Assembly: GCA_046539225.1 (NCBI GenBank) | Contig: JBKHHG010000012.1 | Location: 1 to 20,543 of the forward strand | Length of the DNA stretch: 20,543 nucleotides | Direction of reading: 5' to 3' | DNA from: Candidatus Nanohaloarchaea archaeon | GTDB lineage: Archaea > Nanohalarchaeota > Nanosalinia > Nanosalinales > Nanosalinaceae | In this document: piece by piece, positions 1 through 8,063 of the stretch | Position numbering within the stretch: position 1 is the first letter of the stretch | Layout of the letters: every line of letters begins with the position of its first letter | Position numbers and translations under genes: made by a program | The notes under the pieces: generated by a model | Seen by the model: the letters and a program-made list of their open reading frames with translations, nothing else | Database searches by the model: none | What the model was told of the DNA's origin: nothing

Positions 1-305
1 TCCATTAATTCGATTTCGATGTCGAGGCCTTCCGGTACGTGTACTCTCATGACCTGTCTCAATGCTCGTTCGGAGTCTTCTATGTCGATAAGTCTTTTGT
101 GGACATGCATCTCGTATCTTTCGATTGTGCTTGATCCTTCTCCGTCAGGTGCTTTCCTCGTGGTGATCTTCATGTTTTTGGTTGGAAGCGGTACAGGCCC
201 TGAAACGCTGGCGTTGTACTCGTCTCCGATCTCCAGTATTTCATCTGAAAGTTCATCCACTTTCTCCTGACTGGTGCTTCTGAGCTTTACACGTGCCTTC
301 TGCAT
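1..305 (-). CDS. rps10: 30S ribosomal protein uS10 (3' end runs off the window)
   Basis: Not in the ORF track. Manual translation from ATG at 305 gives MQKARVKLRSTSQEKVDELSDEILEIGDEYNASVSGPVPLPTKNMKITTRKAPDGEGSSTIERYEMHVHKRLIDI..., with the uS10 motifs GPVPLPT and HKRLID. Lies downstream of EF-1alpha. Confidence 0.95.
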   Translation of the reverse strand, partial: MQKARVKLRSTSQEKVDELSDEILEIGDEYNASVSGPVPLPTKNMKITTRKAPDGEGSSTIERYEMHVHKRLIDIEDSERALRQVMRVHVPEGLDIEIELM

Positions 306-327
306 ACAAACCTGATATAGGTTAACT

Positions 328-335
328 ATTATAAA
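328..335 (-). promoter_or_regulatory. Putative TATA box (TTTATAAT) for a leaderless rps10 transcript
   Basis: Minus-strand TTTATAAT centred about 26 nt upstream of the ATG at 305, with no SD motif. Confidence 0.55.
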
Positions 336-341
336 TGGTGT

Positions 342-737
342 TTAGATATCCGGCATCAGCATTCTGGCCTTCACTTCATCGCCGATTACTTGGTACATCT
401 CGGCAAAGGCCTGATCCACCAATACAGGAAAGCCGTTTACTTCTTCTGTTTCGGTGAAATCAATGTATTTGTTGCCGTAGATAACTTCCAACTCCTCTCC
501 GTGTACCTGATATACATCCACGTCCGAAGTCGGGCCATCACCAACTTCAATGGTCTCAACCAGTTTGTCGGAGAGCACTTCTCTCAGTTGTTCAGCATTC
601 CGGTCAGTGGTCCAGATATCCACGTCATCAGGATCCACATCCCGGCCCTTCAACTTCAGGCCCATACTCCCGAACACAAACCATCCCTGGTTTAAATGAG
701 TAGAGACTTCTTCCAGAACCTTGATCTTGGAGTCCAT
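342..737 (-). CDS. Small Pol-beta-superfamily nucleotidyltransferase-like protein (131 aa)
   Basis: WFVFGSMGL...DPDDVDIW matches the hG[S]-x-DxD catalytic signature, and the acidic composition matches the host proteins. Confidence 0.7.
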   Translation of the reverse strand: MDSKIKVLEEVSTHLNQGWFVFGSMGLKLKGRDVDPDDVDIWTTDRNAEQLREVLSDKLVETIEVGDGPTSDVDVYQVHGEELEVIYGNKYIDFTETEEVNGFPVLVDQAFAEMYQVIGDEVKARMLMPDI

Positions 738-832
738 CGTTGAATTGGTTAAGGACGGTATTCTTTAACTTTGTTTTTGATTGAGGTCTTTGTGAACTGA
801 TGTTTGATTAATTCAGGATAAAGAGAGTTTTT

Positions 833-875
833 GGAAAGAAGAATAGGAAAGGATATGTAGGCCTATTTTAGGCCT
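833..875 (-). terminator. Putative terminator: paired AGGCCT-N5-AGGCCT hairpin plus pyrimidine tract after EF-1alpha
   Basis: AGGCCT at 870-875 and 859-864 directly after the TAA, then CATATCCTTTCCTATTCTTCTTTCC on the minus strand. Confidence 0.5.
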
Positions 876-2141
876 TTATTTTTCGTTGACTTCGAGGGCT
901 TGTCCGGCTCCGACTGTCTGTCCCATGTCTCTGATCGCGAATCTTGCTAACTGAGGGATTTCGTCGTTCTCCTCGATTACGAGCGGCTGCTGAGGCCTGA
1001 TTGTGACCTTTGCTGCCTGACCCTGTTTGATGTAGTCTGGGTCTTCGTCGAGTGTCTCTCCCGTCTTTGGATTCATCGTGGAGTGGAGTTCCTCGAATGT
1101 ACAGCTTACCTGTGCCGTGTTGACGTGGAAAACAGGCGTATAACCTTCGGAAATGACGTTTGGATGGTTGAGGACGATTACCTGTGCCCTGAATGTTTCC
1201 GCGACTGTTGGCGGGTTGTCAGAAGGTCCTGCGACGTCTCCTTTCTGGATGTCGTCTGTTCCGACTCCTCTTGTGTTCCATCCGATGTTGTCTCCTGGTT
1301 CTGCTGCGTCGACTTCTTCGTGGTGCATTTCGATTGTCTTGACTTCTCCGCCGACTCCTGCAGGCTCAAATACTATGTCGTCGCCTGGGTTGATCTCTCC
1401 TGTCTCTACTCTTCCGACGGATACTGCTCCGATTCCGGAGATGGAGTATACGTCCTGGATTGGGATTCTGAGCGGTAGGTCGATCGCCTTTTCAGGTTCT
1501 TCGAAGTCGTCCAGAGCCTCTACAAGTGTTGGACCGTCGTACCATCCCATGTCGTCGGACTCATCTACTACGTTGTCTCCTTCGAAGCTTGAGACCGGTA
1601 CGAAGTTGATGTCGCTTGGATTGAAGCCTACTCCCTGGATCAGTTCGGAGACTTCTTCTTTGATTCCGCTGTACGCGTCCTCTGAGAAGTCTTCAAGATC
1701 CATCTTGTTGACTGCAACAGCTAACTGGTCGATTCCCAGCGTCTTTGCAAGGTATGCATGCTCTTTTGTCTGAGGCTGGATTCCGTCGTCAGCCGCGACG
1801 ACGAGTACTGCTGCGTCTGCCTGGGAAGCTCCTGTAATCATGTTTTTAATGAAGTCGCGGTGTCCTGGTGCGTCGATGATCGTGAAGTGGTAGTCGTCTG
1901 TGTCGAACTCCTGGTGAGCCAGGTCGATTGTGACGCCTCTCTCCCTTTCTTCTTCAAGGGAGTCCATCGCGAACGCGAAGTTGAAGCTTTCCTTACCTGC
2001 TTCTTCAGCAGCTTCTTCAAGCTTACGCATCTCTTCTTCTGGAAGGTTTTCAGTGTCCCAAAGCAATCTCCCGATTGTGGTGGACTTTCCGTGGTCTACG
2101 TGACCGATGAATACTAGGTTAATGTGTGGTTTGTCAGCCAT
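876..2141 (-). CDS. tuf: Translation elongation factor EF-1alpha (aEF1A)
   Basis: [29 protein letters not shown] and [11 protein letters not shown] motifs; 421 aa. Confidence 0.99.
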   Translation of the reverse strand: MADKPHINLVFIGHVDHGKSTTIGRLLWDTENLPEEEMRKLEEAAEEAGKESFNFAFAMDSLEEERERGVTIDLAHQEFDTDDYHFTIIDAPGHRDFIKNMITGASQADAAVLVVAADDGIQPQTKEHAYLAKTLGIDQLAVAVNKMDLEDFSEDAYSGIKEEVSELIQGVGFNPSDINFVPVSSFEGDNVVDESDDMGWYDGPTLVEALDDFEEPEKAIDLPLRIPIQDVYSISGIGAVSVGRVETGEINPGDDIVFEPAGVGGEVKTIEMHHEEVDAAEPGDNIGWNTRGVGTDDIQKGDVAGPSDNPPTVAETFRAQVIVLNHPNVISEGYTPVFHVNTAQVSCTFEELHSTMNPKTGETLDEDPDYIKQGQAAKVTIRPQQPLVIEENDEIPQLARFAIRDMGQTVGAGQALEVNEK

Positions 2142-2150
2142 TTTTAATTT

Positions 2151-2156
2151 TCACCT
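2151..2156 (-). promoter_or_regulatory. Shine-Dalgarno AGGTGA for tuf
   Basis: Archaeal-type AGGTGA 9 nt upstream of the ATG at 2141. Confidence 0.7.
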
Positions 2157-2221
2157 ATACAGCGTATAATCAACAGTAAACTCTTAAAACTTTAAAAAGG
2201 AGCAGACCTCCACAAAAAACA

Positions 2222-2229
2222 CTTAAGTA
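2222..2229 (+). promoter_or_regulatory. Putative TATA box (CTTAAGTA) with A-rich BRE for the 2251 ORF
   Basis: Centred about 25 nt before ATG 2251 and preceded by AAAAAA, which is typical halophile leaderless promoter geometry. Confidence 0.5.
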
Positions 2230-2250
2230 GTTACTTTACAGTGGTGATGT

Positions 2251-2679
2251 ATGAGTGTTTTTGAAGATACTTACAGCCAGGTACGAGAAGAGGCCTCAGA
2301 ACTCTACAGGAAGACTGACCCTGTAAAGGCCTCGATATGTATAGGATCGGTAGGAGCTGCTCTATACGCCCTGAACGATCCCTCAGCGGCGGAATGGGTC
2401 GATAACGCGGGACATATGGCGACCGGCACCTTCGGATCTTCACTCGCCGACTTAGCATACGATCATCTGGAGCCGGATGATAAGATAGAGAAGACGCGTA
2501 AACCTGCTATGATTCTCTCAGGCCTTGCAACCGGAAACGCTGGACAGGCAGCCCAAGGCCTCGATCTTGTCTCCGGAGGTTACGACTTGAGAAGCGTTGG
2601 AGAGGCCGGAGTTGCAGCGACCGCTAACGCACTTGGCACCGAAAAATACCCGGAAGAACTGGAGAGCAGAAATATCTGA
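2251..2679 (+). CDS. Hypothetical protein (142 aa), Ala/Gly-rich, inserted in opposite orientation between EF-2 and EF-1alpha
   Basis: Fills the intergenic gap, is acidic, has its own TATA-like box and host-like AGGCCT content. No confident family. Confidence 0.75.
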   Translation: MSVFEDTYSQVREEASELYRKTDPVKASICIGSVGAALYALNDPSAAEWVDNAGHMATGTFGSSLADLAYDHLEPDDKIEKTRKPAMILSGLATGNAGQAAQGLDLVSGGYDLRSVGEAGVAATANALGTEKYPEELESRNI

Positions 2680-2725
2680 TGGAAAAGTAAGAAGATAGGA
2701 TGGTTTGAAGGCCTCGAAGAGGCCT
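2680..2725 (-). terminator. Putative terminator: AGGCCT-N5-AGGCCT hairpin plus pyrimidine tract after EF-2
   Basis: AGGCCT at 2720-2725 and 2709-2714, then CCATCCTATCTTCTTACTTTTCC on the minus strand, between convergent genes. Confidence 0.5.
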
Positions 2726-2732
2726 CCAGTTT

Positions 2733-4916
2733 TTATTCCTCGAGGCTTGGCAATTCCTGTTTCATGCCTTTTCTGTCGCGGATCTCCAGGATTTTTTCTT
2801 CCTGAAGGTTTCTGCTTAACGGTTCGAAGATGATGTCGATCAACGAGAAGAATCCTTTTCCGTTGGTCGCGGACTTTAACGCTGCTTCGAAGCCGAAGAG
2901 TTCTTCTACAGGGAGTTTGCAGCGGATGATCGCTGAGTCTCCTTCTTCGTCCATGTCGATGATGTCTCCTCTCCTGTTGTTGACCTCTGTCATTGCATCT
3001 CCCATCGTGTCGCTTGGCGTATCAATTCTCATCTTCTGTTTTGGCTCTATGAGTCTTGGAGTAGCCTGTAGGAAGCCGCGTTTCATCGCGTCTTTCGTTG
3101 CTGGGATCATCTGGGCTGGGCCTCTGTGGATCGCGTCTTCGTGCAGCTTGGCGTCGTGAAGCTTGACTTTGAGGCCTATCACCGGTTCATTTGAGAGCGG
3201 TCCTTCGTCGCAGAACTCTTGGAACGCGTCAACCAGGTATTCCTGGATCTCTCTCAGGTTTTTGATTCCTCTTGATGAGTTGATCAGCAGGTTTTCCTCA
3301 TAGGCCTCCATGATGTCGTCGGCTTCGTCCTGGTCCATTCCTGCTTCGACGAGCGCGTCTCTTACTTCTGTCTCGTCGTCTGCCTGCATCTTTAGTTCTT
3401 TGTAGTCTTCTTTGAGGAACTTTCTGACTGATTCGTCGATCGGTTCGACGCTCATAACCAGTTGGTTGTGCCGGTTAGGCGACTTTCCTGTTACTTCAGG
3501 CGATTCTTCGTCGATGCCCTCCCTGAATACGACGATAGGTTCGGAGACGTTGATGTCGATTCCCTGCTCGTCAAGGTACCTCTCTACTTTCGCCTCGATG
3601 TGCAGCTCTCCAAGGCCTGATACCAGGGTTTCTCCTGTTTCTTCATCGATCTCTACTTCGATGGTGTTGTCCTCTTTGGCTCGTTTCCTCAAGGCCTCGA
3701 TAAGTTTTGGTAAGTCGCTTGTGCGTTTTGGTTCGATGCTTTTGGTTACAACAGGTTCGAATACGTGTTCGATCTGTTCAAACGGCTGGATCTCTTCTTC
3801 TCCTTCAAGTATGAAAGTTTCTCCTGTTGAGAAGTCCGGTCCTGTGATTGCGGCAATGTTTCCGCAGGGTACTTCGTCGACCGTCAGCTTTCGAGGCCCT
3901 GAATAAATTCCGACTTGCTGGGCTCTCTCCGTTTTTTGAGATCCGATGCCGTAGAGCTCGTCTCCTTCTCTAACTGTTCCGGAGAACAGTCGTGCTGTGG
4001 CGATTGTTCCTGCGTGTTCGTCGTCCTCTACGTTTGTGACGACTCCGACCAGTCTTCCGTCTTTGTCGTGCTTCATCATGTCCTCTCCGACTTCGCTTTC
4101 TACGTCGCCTGGCCATACTGCCGGGATTCTCCATTCTGCTGATTTCTGCGGGTTGATGAGGTGGCCGACTACCATGTCGAGTGTGACTTCTTCGATCGGT
4201 GCGTCTTCTCTGAGGCCTTCGTGGTCTCCGTCGTTTACCCTGTCAATTATATCTCCGAAAGTGATGCCTGTTTTCTGCATGTAGGGTGCGGAGATAGCCC
4301 AGTTTTTCAGTGCGCTTCCGAACGCAACTGTTCCATCGTTTACGCTCATCTTCCATTTCTCGGCGGTTTCATCGTCCGCGTACTTTCTTAATGCGGTGTT
4401 GACTTCTCTGATGATCTTTGTGAACCTTTCCTGCATTTCCTCGGGTGTTAGCTGCATCTCTTCGATCAGTCTGTCGACTTTGTTGATGAAGAGGATTGGC
4501 TTGACGCCTTCGTTCAAGGCCTGTTTCATAACTGTCTCTGTCTGAGGCATTACGCCGTCGACAGCGTCCACAAGCACGAGAACTCCATCGACCGCACGCA
4601 TCGCCCGGGTAACGTCTCCACCGAAGTCGACGTGGCCTGGTGTATCGATAAGATTGATGAGGTAGTCGTCTCCTTCGTGTTCGTGGACCATTGAAACGTT
4701 TGCGGAGTAGATAGTGATTCCTCTTTCCGCTTCCTGATCATCAAAGTCCATGAACCGCTGGTCTCCTGCCAGCTTCTCCGAGATCATTCCTGCTCTCGCA
4801 AGCAGGTTGTCTGTTAGAGTTGTTTTTCCGTGGTCGATGTGTGCAGCGATTGCGATGTTCCTGATGTGCTCAGGATCGTTAATCACTTCTTTAATTGCGT
4901 CAAGCTCGTCAGACAT
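2733..4916 (-). CDS. fusA: Translation elongation factor EF-2 (aEF2)
   Basis: AHIDHGKTT, ERGITI, DTPGHVDF and NKVD motifs; diphthamide loop LHEDAIHRGPAQ; 727 aa. Confidence 0.99.
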   Translation of the reverse strand: MSDELDAIKEVINDPEHIRNIAIAAHIDHGKTTLTDNLLARAGMISEKLAGDQRFMDFDDQEAERGITIYSANVSMVHEHEGDDYLINLIDTPGHVDFGGDVTRAMRAVDGVLVLVDAVDGVMPQTETVMKQALNEGVKPILFINKVDRLIEEMQLTPEEMQERFTKIIREVNTALRKYADDETAEKWKMSVNDGTVAFGSALKNWAISAPYMQKTGITFGDIIDRVNDGDHEGLREDAPIEEVTLDMVVGHLINPQKSAEWRIPAVWPGDVESEVGEDMMKHDKDGRLVGVVTNVEDDEHAGTIATARLFSGTVREGDELYGIGSQKTERAQQVGIYSGPRKLTVDEVPCGNIAAITGPDFSTGETFILEGEEEIQPFEQIEHVFEPVVTKSIEPKRTSDLPKLIEALRKRAKEDNTIEVEIDEETGETLVSGLGELHIEAKVERYLDEQGIDINVSEPIVVFREGIDEESPEVTGKSPNRHNQLVMSVEPIDESVRKFLKEDYKELKMQADDETEVRDALVEAGMDQDEADDIMEAYEENLLINSSRGIKNLREIQEYLVDAFQEFCDEGPLSNEPVIGLKVKLHDAKLHEDAIHRGPAQMIPATKDAMKRGFLQATPRLIEPKQKMRIDTPSDTMGDAMTEVNNRRGDIIDMDEEGDSAIIRCKLPVEELFGFEAALKSATNGKGFFSLIDIIFEPLSRNLQEEKILEIRDRKGMKQELPSLEE

Positions 4917-4994
4917 TGTAGTATTACACCAAGTTTATACCTCAAGATTCTTTACAAGCTTTAAAAATGGATTCCGGAGTTTTTCCCCGGGAAA

Positions 4995-5108
4995 TTAGCT
5001 TGCTGTCAGATGTGCGAAAGTAACAAGTGTTAGAGAGATAATGAAAAGAGAGGAATGGATGTTGCCGTACTTTGAGGCCTGTATCAAGGCCTGGGTCAGT
5101 TTTTTCAT
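4995..5108 (-). CDS. Candidate 37-aa hydrophobic micro-protein
   Basis: ATG 1 nt after the rps7 stop. Translation MKKLTQALIQASKYGNIHSSLFIISLTLVTFAHLTAS*, with a basic N-terminus and hydrophobic C-terminus. Confidence 0.3.
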   Translation of the reverse strand: MKKLTQALIQASKYGNIHSSLFIISLTLVTFAHLTAS

Positions 5109-5109
5109 C

Positions 5110-5739
5110 TTACCGGGCGCCTTCTGCTTCCCGCTCCTTTCTTTCACGGGTCATAACGGCTCTCACACTGTTGTCGTTGTTGTGTGCGCCGACTAACTCG
5201 TTTTTCAAGGCCTCGACCGCGTCTTCCGAGGATGCGAGCCGGTTTTCGTAGGCTCCCTGCACCAGAAGTCTTATTGCAAGGTCGACCCTTCTCTGAGGTG
5301 AGACGATGACAGCTTTTCTTGCTCTTGCGCCTCCTCTCTGGTAGGTGACGACCTCTTCGACAGGTGCGGAGTTCTCGATCGCGTTGACGAGCACCTGGAT
5401 AGGGTTCTCATCAGTCTCCTCTTCTATTTTTTCGAATGTTTCTTCAATTATCTTCCAGAGCTTTGCTTTTTGGCCGGTGTTCCTTCCGGATGTGAGCAAG
5501 TGTTTGTTGCCGCGGTGTCCTGCGACGTACATCCTGTTGAGAAGCCTTTCGACGACCGGCACATCTGCCTTGTAGAACTGTTTGTCGGTGTGACGGCCTT
5601 TGCTCCGTGGCTCCATGATGTTTTCAAGGTTGACGTATCTTACAAGGCCGTCGTCCTCTACCTCTACCTCTTTTGCATCCCATCTTCCAAATGTAAGGAT
5701 CTCATCGTCTTCAATGTTGATTGTAGCAGCGTTACTCAC
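5110..5739 (-). CDS. rps7: 30S ribosomal protein uS7 (GTG start)
   Basis: VVERLLNRM, NPIQVLVNAIENSAPVEE and VSPQRRVDLAIR motifs; between rps12 and EF-2. Confidence 0.97.
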   Translation of the reverse strand: MSNAATINIEDDEILTFGRWDAKEVEVEDDGLVRYVNLENIMEPRSKGRHTDKQFYKADVPVVERLLNRMYVAGHRGNKHLLTSGRNTGQKAKLWKIIEETFEKIEEETDENPIQVLVNAIENSAPVEEVVTYQRGGARARKAVIVSPQRRVDLAIRLLVQGAYENRLASSEDAVEALKNELVGAHNNDNSVRAVMTRERKEREAEGAR

Positions 5740-5801
5740 TCGGGAACACCTCTGGTGTTTTCTGCGTGATCAAGAAAATCATCTGTATTTTCGTTGTCCA
5801 T
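5736..5801 (-). other. 21-codon upstream ORF made largely of the double-hairpin element; its stop overlaps the rps7 start (GTGA)
   Basis: SD-like GGTGAT at the rps12 stop and ATG at 5801. Translation MDNENTDDFLDHAENTRGVPE*. TGA 5738-5736 overlaps GTG 5739-5737. Confidence 0.5.
5741..5793. repeat. Double-hairpin palindromic element, copy A
   Basis: c-GGGAACACC tct GGTGTTTTC-tgcgtgatcaa-GAAAAT catctgt ATTTTC-g; same architecture as the three copies in asnB-dph6. Confidence 0.7.
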
Positions 5802-5809
5802 TTTTTTGA

Positions 5810-6232
5810 TCACCGTGTTGGTTTCTCCTGCTCTCCCGCAACAAGTTCCTCGAGAGAGATACCGTTTACCTTGATTACCTTGTACCTGACAGTTGGAATA
5901 TCTCCTTTAGGCCCGGAGTCCGCTCCACCGATCCCTTCGATCAGGACCTCGTCGTGCTCATCGATATACTCTATGGCTCCGTCGCCAGGTACAAAAGCTG
6001 TCAACTGTTTACCGTTTTTCAAAAGCTGTACACGCACGCACTTTCTCAACGCGGAGTTAGGCTGCTTTGCTTCGATTATCCTCTTCTCAAGTACGATTCC
6101 TCTTCCCTGGGGTGAACCTTCGAGAGGATCCGCTTTTTCCCTGAGATTCAGCATTCTTCTCTTGTAATCTTTATCGCTCCAGCGGTGCTCCTGCCTCTTC
6201 TTCTTGATCTTACGCGCGCTGTACATTCCCAT
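5810..6232 (-). CDS. rps12: 30S ribosomal protein uS12
   Basis: [24 protein letters not shown] and [10 protein letters not shown] motifs. Confidence 0.99.
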   Translation of the reverse strand: MGMYSARKIKKKRQEHRWSDKDYKRRMLNLREKADPLEGSPQGRGIVLEKRIIEAKQPNSALRKCVRVQLLKNGKQLTAFVPGDGAIEYIDEHDEVLIEGIGGADSGPKGDIPTVRYKVIKVNGISLEELVAGEQEKPTR

Positions 6233-6254
6233 ATCACAACACTGAAAACCAAAC

Positions 6255-6262
6255 TTTTTATA
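6255..6262 (-). promoter_or_regulatory. Putative TATA box (TATAAAAA) for leaderless rps12
   Basis: Centred about 26 nt upstream of ATG 6232, with a purine-rich BRE-like GAAAGGGG before it. Confidence 0.6.
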
Positions 6263-6268
6263 CCCCTT

Positions 6269-7828
6269 TCAGTCCCGGCTGTACAGGTATAGGCCTCCGA
6301 AAAGCTCCGCCAACCCGAGCAAGAACAGAGGCGGGTAGAGAGGCGAGGCTGCGAACACCAGGCCTGAAGAAACCACGAGTCCTGAGGGAAGAAGCTTGAT
6401 ATTCACGGAGCTTTCATCGACTTCAGGGCCTCTTTCCTGGGTTAGCTTGTTGTTTATCTTGGTAGGCAGCTTTGTGAGCAATTCTTTGTTCTTTATGAGA
6501 TCGACCGCGAATCCCTCCGCCATCTCTTCAGGCCTGTTCTGCTGCTTCAATGCGTCTTCAACTACTTCTTCATAGCTTTCCTGAATCCTGAAGTCAGGGT
6601 AGATCGTTAACGCGATACCCTCTATCGTCACAAGGTTTTTCCCAAGCAGCGCAAGGTTGGAAGGCATTCTAAGGCCTCTATCCGATATCTGGACGAAGAG
6701 ATCGAAAAGCTCCTGCGTGATACTTGTCTGTTCAAGTGAACTGTTTTTCAGGATCAGGACTTTCTCTTCCACAACCTCCGCGATCTGCTGGCGTTCGTAG
6801 CCTTCTTTTTTGGTCCCGAGGTCTTCGAGGCAGTCGATGATACTTTCAACATCCTCCCTGATAAGGTAGATCAGTAAGAGGCCTAACTTTTCGCCTGTGT
6901 TCTTGCTGACCTTCCCCATCATTCCGAAATCCATGTAGATTATCTTTGAGTCCTCTGTAAGCAGAAAGTTTGATGGATGCGGGTCCGCGTGGAAAAAACC
7001 GTCGATAACTGACTGTTTAATACCGGCTCTTAGAGCATTCTCCGCGATCTTTTCGGCGTCGACATCCATCTCTTCGAGTTTTTCCTTATCCGTGCATTTG
7101 ACCCCTTCGACGTACTCCATCACCAGGACTTTCTCCGTGTTCAGCTCCGGGTATATCTTAGGGACTTTCAGGTTTTCCTCTTCCTCAAGGTTTTCCCGGA
7201 AGATCTGGGCGTTCAGGCCTTCCTGCTTGAGATCGAGCTCTTCCTTTGTCCATTTTGAGAACTGCTCTACAAACTTGAGCGCGTCAGCGTTTTTCACAAT
7301 GGAGGAGTGTTTCTCGGCCTTTTCAGTGAAAAACTTCAGGATTTCAAGATCCTTCCCGACTTTTTCATCTATTCCAGGCCTCTTCACCTTGACAACGACT
7401 TCCTCCCCGTCTTTTAGCTTTGCCCGGTGAACCTGTGCGATCGAGGCCGCGGCGACTGGTTCTTCTTCTATATCCTCGAAGTTTTCAAGGCCTACCTCTT
7501 CTTCAATTATCTTTTCGGCCGTGTTCCATTCAAACTTGTGTACGTTGTCTTCGAGTTTTTCAAGTTCGTTGCAGTATTTCCTGGGTAGAATATCCGGGCG
7601 TTGCGCAAGTATCTGGCCGAACTTTACGTAGATGCTGCCGAGTTCTTCCAGTGTTTCCCTCAATCTTTCGGGTCCAGGCCTTTCATGCGTCTTTATCTTC
7701 AGTCTTTCTGTGAAGGGTAGATGGTGGGCGAGGCCTGTCTTTTCTATGAGGTAGCCCATCTCGTTTTCGACAAGGATCTTCAGTATCTCGTCGAATCTCT
7801 TGACATCTCCGATTTTCTCCTGAATCAT
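6269..7828 (-). CDS. ABC1/AarF/UbiB-family atypical protein kinase with C-terminal transmembrane segments
   Basis: YVKFGQILAQRPD, AAASIAQVHRA, VVVKV, FFHADPHPSN and DFGMMG motifs; hydrophobic C-terminal ~40 aa. Confidence 0.93.
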   Translation of the reverse strand: MIQEKIGDVKRFDEILKILVENEMGYLIEKTGLAHHLPFTERLKIKTHERPGPERLRETLEELGSIYVKFGQILAQRPDILPRKYCNELEKLEDNVHKFEWNTAEKIIEEEVGLENFEDIEEEPVAAASIAQVHRAKLKDGEEVVVKVKRPGIDEKVGKDLEILKFFTEKAEKHSSIVKNADALKFVEQFSKWTKEELDLKQEGLNAQIFRENLEEEENLKVPKIYPELNTEKVLVMEYVEGVKCTDKEKLEEMDVDAEKIAENALRAGIKQSVIDGFFHADPHPSNFLLTEDSKIIYMDFGMMGKVSKNTGEKLGLLLIYLIREDVESIIDCLEDLGTKKEGYERQQIAEVVEEKVLILKNSSLEQTSITQELFDLFVQISDRGLRMPSNLALLGKNLVTIEGIALTIYPDFRIQESYEEVVEDALKQQNRPEEMAEGFAVDLIKNKELLTKLPTKINNKLTQERGPEVDESSVNIKLLPSGLVVSSGLVFAASPLYPPLFLLGLAELFGGLYLYSRD

Positions 7829-7869
7829 GTGAACAAATTTGTTAAGTTGGAATAAGAAAGATTGAGTTG

Positions 7870-7959
7870 TTACAGTAAAATAGGTAGAGTATAGATAAGG
7901 CCTAAAAGAACTATGATTACAGCAGTTATCTGGTTTTCTCCTCTTTGAGCCTCAACCAT
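7870..7959 (-). CDS. Candidate 29-aa single-TM micro-protein
   Basis: MVEAQRGENQITAVIIVLLGLIYTLPILL*, with a 19-residue uncharged, mostly hydrophobic stretch; co-oriented between nusA and the ABC1 kinase. Confidence 0.4.
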   Translation of the reverse strand: MVEAQRGENQITAVIIVLLGLIYTLPILL

Positions 7960-8063
7960 TCTAGATAGATTTGACCTATCTGGGCTTCTCAGGCCTTTCG
8001 TCGGATCCTTATCCTGTAAGGGCTGTTCCCTCGTCTGAAGGCTCAGCGGATAAGAAGCTTGGT

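Noticed and set aside
4972..4994. TTCCGGAG-TTTTT-CCCCGGGAAA as another double-hairpin copy
   Set aside because: It is a single weak hairpin without GAARA/TYTTC arms or the spacer.
7946..8063. Possible RNase P, SRP, tRNA or hammerhead RNA after nusA (GAGGGAACAGCCC...GAATG on the minus strand)
   Set aside because: No P4-complementary 3' segment, no SRP helix-8 motif, no T-loop or cloverleaf, and no correctly spaced hammerhead core. Kept only as an unnamed structured candidate.
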